Source of the DNA: the human T2T-CHM13v2.0 reference genome, Homo sapiens
Length of the DNA: 64,000 nt
Assembly: GCF_009914755.1 (NCBI RefSeq)
Contig: NC_060925.1
Reading direction: 5' to 3' (one strand)
Part shown: piece by piece, positions 57,057 to 64,000 of the stretch
Position numbering within the stretch: the stretch's first letter is position 1
Layout of the letters: the number at the start of each line of letters is the position of its first letter
Notes under the pieces: generated by a model
What the model saw: only the letters and a program-made list of their open reading frames with translations
Told to the model about the DNA's origin: nothing
Database searches by the model: none
Position numbers and translations under genes: made by a program

Positions 57057-57415
57057 TGATATGGTTTGGCTGTGTCCCTATCCACATCTCATCTTGAATT
57101 GTAACTCTTACAATTCCCACGTGTCACAGGAGGATCCTGGTGGGAAGTAATTGAATCATGGGGGTGGGTCTTTCCTGTGCTGTTCTCGTGATAGTGAATA
57201 AGTCTAACGAGATCTGATGGTTTTAAAAACGGGAGTTTCCCTGCACAAGCGCTCTTCTCCTGACTGTTACCATGTGAGATGTGTCTTTCACCTTCCACCA
57301 TGATTATGAGGCCTCCCAAGCCAAGGGAGACTGTAAGTCCAGTAAACCTCTTTCTTTTGTAAATTGCCCCTTCTCGGGTATGTCTTTATCAGCAGTGTGA
57401 AAACGGACTAATACA
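57057..57415 (+). mobile_element. THE1B-like solo LTR (ERVL-MaLR)
   Basis: TGATATGGTTTGGCTGTGTCCC...GGACTAATACA, 359 bp, perfect 5-bp TSD CCAGG (57052-57056, 57416-57420). Confidence 0.95.
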
Positions 57416-57884
57416 CCAGGTTATGGGCCTTATTTTTCTGCCCAATGTTTAACACTTTTTGTTAGAAGCTGGACATTGTAAATTATACATGGCTGGTTGC
57501 TGGATTTTTTTTTTTTTTTGCATTAAAAAGAAAAAGATTGTTGGAGTTTGTTCTCTCTAGCAGTTAAATTACTTGTGTTGTTTTATTCTTTTGAAACTTG
57601 TTTTTAAGTTCTTTCAGGGTAAGTCTATAGTCTTCTTTATTCTAGGGCTAACTTGGCCCCACTTCCAAGGCATGGCCTTTCTGGGTTCTCTACTAAATGC
57701 TCTGTGTACTCAATGTGGTCTCTCTATCTTTCCAGTCTGGCTGCTCTGGGAACTATAATAATCTCTAGCTCAGTGTGATCTCTAGGAATATTTTTGTCTT
57801 CTTCCTAGCAGCTGTTTTTTTTTTTTTCTCCAAGAAGCTGTTCTTGCCCAGCCTCTTGGAGGTTTACCCTACCATTCACAGATT

Positions 57885-57978
57885 TCCATTACATACTGGA
57901 GTGATATTAAAAATAACAGTAAGCAGTATGACACGGAACTCAACCAACCAGAAGTTTTGCTAGTTCAAATAGGACAAT
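57885..57978 (+). repeat. 94-bp dispersed direct repeat, copy 1
   Basis: 91/94 identical to 58754-58847. Confidence 0.95.
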
Positions 57979-58344
57979 ATAGAGACAACTATACATATAT
58001 CTGGAAGTCTTCCTCTCTTTCTCCCTCCTCTTGGTTACTCTATGCCAAAATCCAAGCTCCCTTGAACTATGGTCTCTCTTTTACTTAACAGTTTGTCATG
58101 ATTTGTCTGGGTTCCCTCCTGGTGCCACAGTCCAAAAATTGTCTGTGAGAGTAAAGCTTTGGTGCCTAAGGCTCACTTTGTTTCTTTCACTTCTTTCAGG
58201 TGTTATAGTTCTGAGCTTTCCATTTTCCAATGCTTAAAACCGTTTTTTTCCTTGTTGTTTGTTTGTTTTATTGGTCCAGTTTTCTAATAGTCTATAGTGG
58301 AAGCATAATTCTGGACTCAATTACTTCCTCATGGCCAGAAGCAG

Positions 58345-58570
58345 AAGACGCTTTACAATCTGCAAGCTATTTCACATAAAGCCCACCCAACAATTTTCAC
58401 CTACCTATCATTAGCTATAACCTAGTGACATGGCCACTGCTAGCAGCAAACATAGCTGGAATGTGTCATTGTTTAACTGGATACATTACACACACACACT
58501 AACAAACAGCGTCTTGTTTCATACTGAGGAAGAATAGATATCATGCTGGCAACTAGCACTTTCTGCTACA
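58345..58570 (-). mobile_element. MLT1-type LTR fragment
   Basis: GTGACATGGCCACTGCTAGCAGCAA...GGCAACTAGCACTTTCTGCTACA terminus. Confidence 0.6.
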
Positions 58571-58579
58571 ACTTTCTTT

Positions 58580-59200
58580 ATCTTATTTTTATCCATCACA
58601 ATCAAACTCCTAAACGGCTACAAAATGTTTTATGTAATATGGATGTACCATCTATTTAACCATTTTTCCTCTGTTAGTGAACATTTAACTTGTCTGAGGT
58701 TTTATTTTTTTGCCACTACAAACCATACACTCATACCTACATAGACATATATATCCATTACATACTGGAGTGATACTAAAAATAACAGTAAGCAGTATGA
58801 CACAGAACTCAACCAACCAGAGGTTTTGCTAGTTCAAATAGGACAATTGTTTACCACCTGTAAACAAATGGCATGGTCATTCTGGTATTTAGTAATGAAA
58901 ATCAGCTGTTAATACATCTGTGTAAGCATATCATTTACATACTTCTGCTTTTATATCTATGTGATAGAGTTCCAGAATTGGGAACACGTGGTAGAAGGGT
59001 ATGTGTAGTTTAAATTTTAACAAATATTGTCAGGTGGCTTTTTAAAAAGGCTGTAATACCTCATATTTCTACCAAAAAGGTATGAAAGTAGCCTATCACT
59101 GTCAACAGTAGATTTTGTCACTCTAAATTTTGTCAGTTTAATGGTAGGAAGTGTACATTGTTACTTTAATATGCATCCTTGACTGCAAATGAAGCATAGT
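58580..59200 (-). mobile_element. Ancient L1ME-type 3' fragment
   Basis: ATGGATGTACCATCTATTTAACCA...GAACATTTAACTTG and ACATTGTTACTTTAATATGCAT motifs. Confidence 0.55.
58754..58847 (+). repeat. 94-bp dispersed direct repeat, copy 2
   Basis: 91/94 identical to 57885-57978. Confidence 0.95.
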
Positions 59201-59465
59201 GACTGTTTACATATTTATTAGCCCTTTCTCCTCCCCCCTCCCTTTCTGCTCCTTTTTGCTCTCTGTTTTTTAAAGTTTATGGCTTCCTCTGGAGTCAATT
59301 ACATAATCAATTTTTATAAATGTCTCATGGTATATAAAAAAGATTTATATTCTTTTTTAAGGCACGTTAAGTTCTACATATTATCTCTTAAACCAAATTT
59401 TATTGTATTGCTCAACTTCTCCAAGTTTTTCTTTATCCATTAGCTGTAGCTAATTCTAAAAGACT

Positions 59466-63478
<4,013 letters not shown>

Positions 63479-64000
63479 TTTCATTTTATTATTTTCTTAT
63501 TATTATTATACTTTAAGTTTTAGGGTACATGTGCACAATGTGCAAGTTTCTTACATATGTATACATGTGCCATGTTGGTGTGCTGCACCCATTAACTCGT
63601 CATTTAGCATTAGGTATATCTCCTAATGCTATCCCTCCACACTCCCCCCATCCCACAACAGTCCCCGGAGTGTGATGTTCCCCTTCCTGTGTCCATGTGT
63701 TCTCATTGTTCATTTCCCACCTATGAGTGAGAATATGCTGTGTTTGTTGTTTTGTCCTTGCGATAGTTTGCTGAGAATGATGGCTTCCAGTTTCATCCAT
63801 CCCTACAAAGGACATGAACTCATCATTTTTTATGGCTGCATAGTCTTCCATGATGTATATGTGCCACATTTTCTTAATCCAGTCTATCATTGTTGGACAT
63901 TTGGGTTGGTTCCAAGTCTTTGCTGTTGTGAATAGTGCCGCAATAAACATACATGTGCATGTGTCTTTATAGCAGCATGATTTATAATCCTTTGGGTATA
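63479..64000 (-). mobile_element. 3' end of a younger L1PA3/4-type element, running off the window
   Basis: New T-rich tail and TTATACTTTAAGTTTTAGGGTACATGTGCACAA 3'UTR inside the previous L1. Confidence 0.93.

Larger units (their letters stand above)
56242..58330 (-). mobile_element. Ancient L1M, right part (ORF1/5' region)
   Basis: Continues the 41050-41580 element after the TSD (GATAATTTCACTGGATAGAAAATT); ORF 56867-57085(-) has ETDSEMKKMIELVDKDVK, ORF1-like. Confidence 0.65.

Overview
Primate genomic DNA, probably human or another hominoid given an L1PA2/3-type insertion. The window is dominated by transposable elements and I find no intact protein-coding gene, RNA gene or CRISPR array. 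Nearly all ORFs in the track are broken LINE-1 ORF1/ORF2 pieces, their antisense shadows, Alu read-throughs, or fragments of one processed pseudogene of PTGR1 (prostaglandin reductase 1, minus strand, ~51.8-53.3 kb). The interest lies in retrotransposition mechanics readable from junctions and target-site duplications (TSDs): (1) the PTGR1 retrocopy has no poly(A) of its own and is fused to a ~270-bp L1 3' end inside one 14-bp TSD, a candidate mRNA-L1 chimera; (2) a full-length L1PA2/3-type element carries a ~200-bp 3' transduction; (3) an L1PA8-type element has its middle replaced by a younger L1 with no TSD; (4) two L1s 13.4 kb apart share unusual variants; (5) a twin-primed 5'-inverted L1; (6) four-level nesting at 41-58 kb; (7) neighbouring L1s with and without the ~129-bp ZNF93-bound 5'UTR segment. 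A few repeat-free islands look like candidate enhancers. I do not see evidence for a new gene system. Subfamily labels come from remembered diagnostic motifs, not a RepeatMasker run, and boundaries of ancient repeats are approximate.
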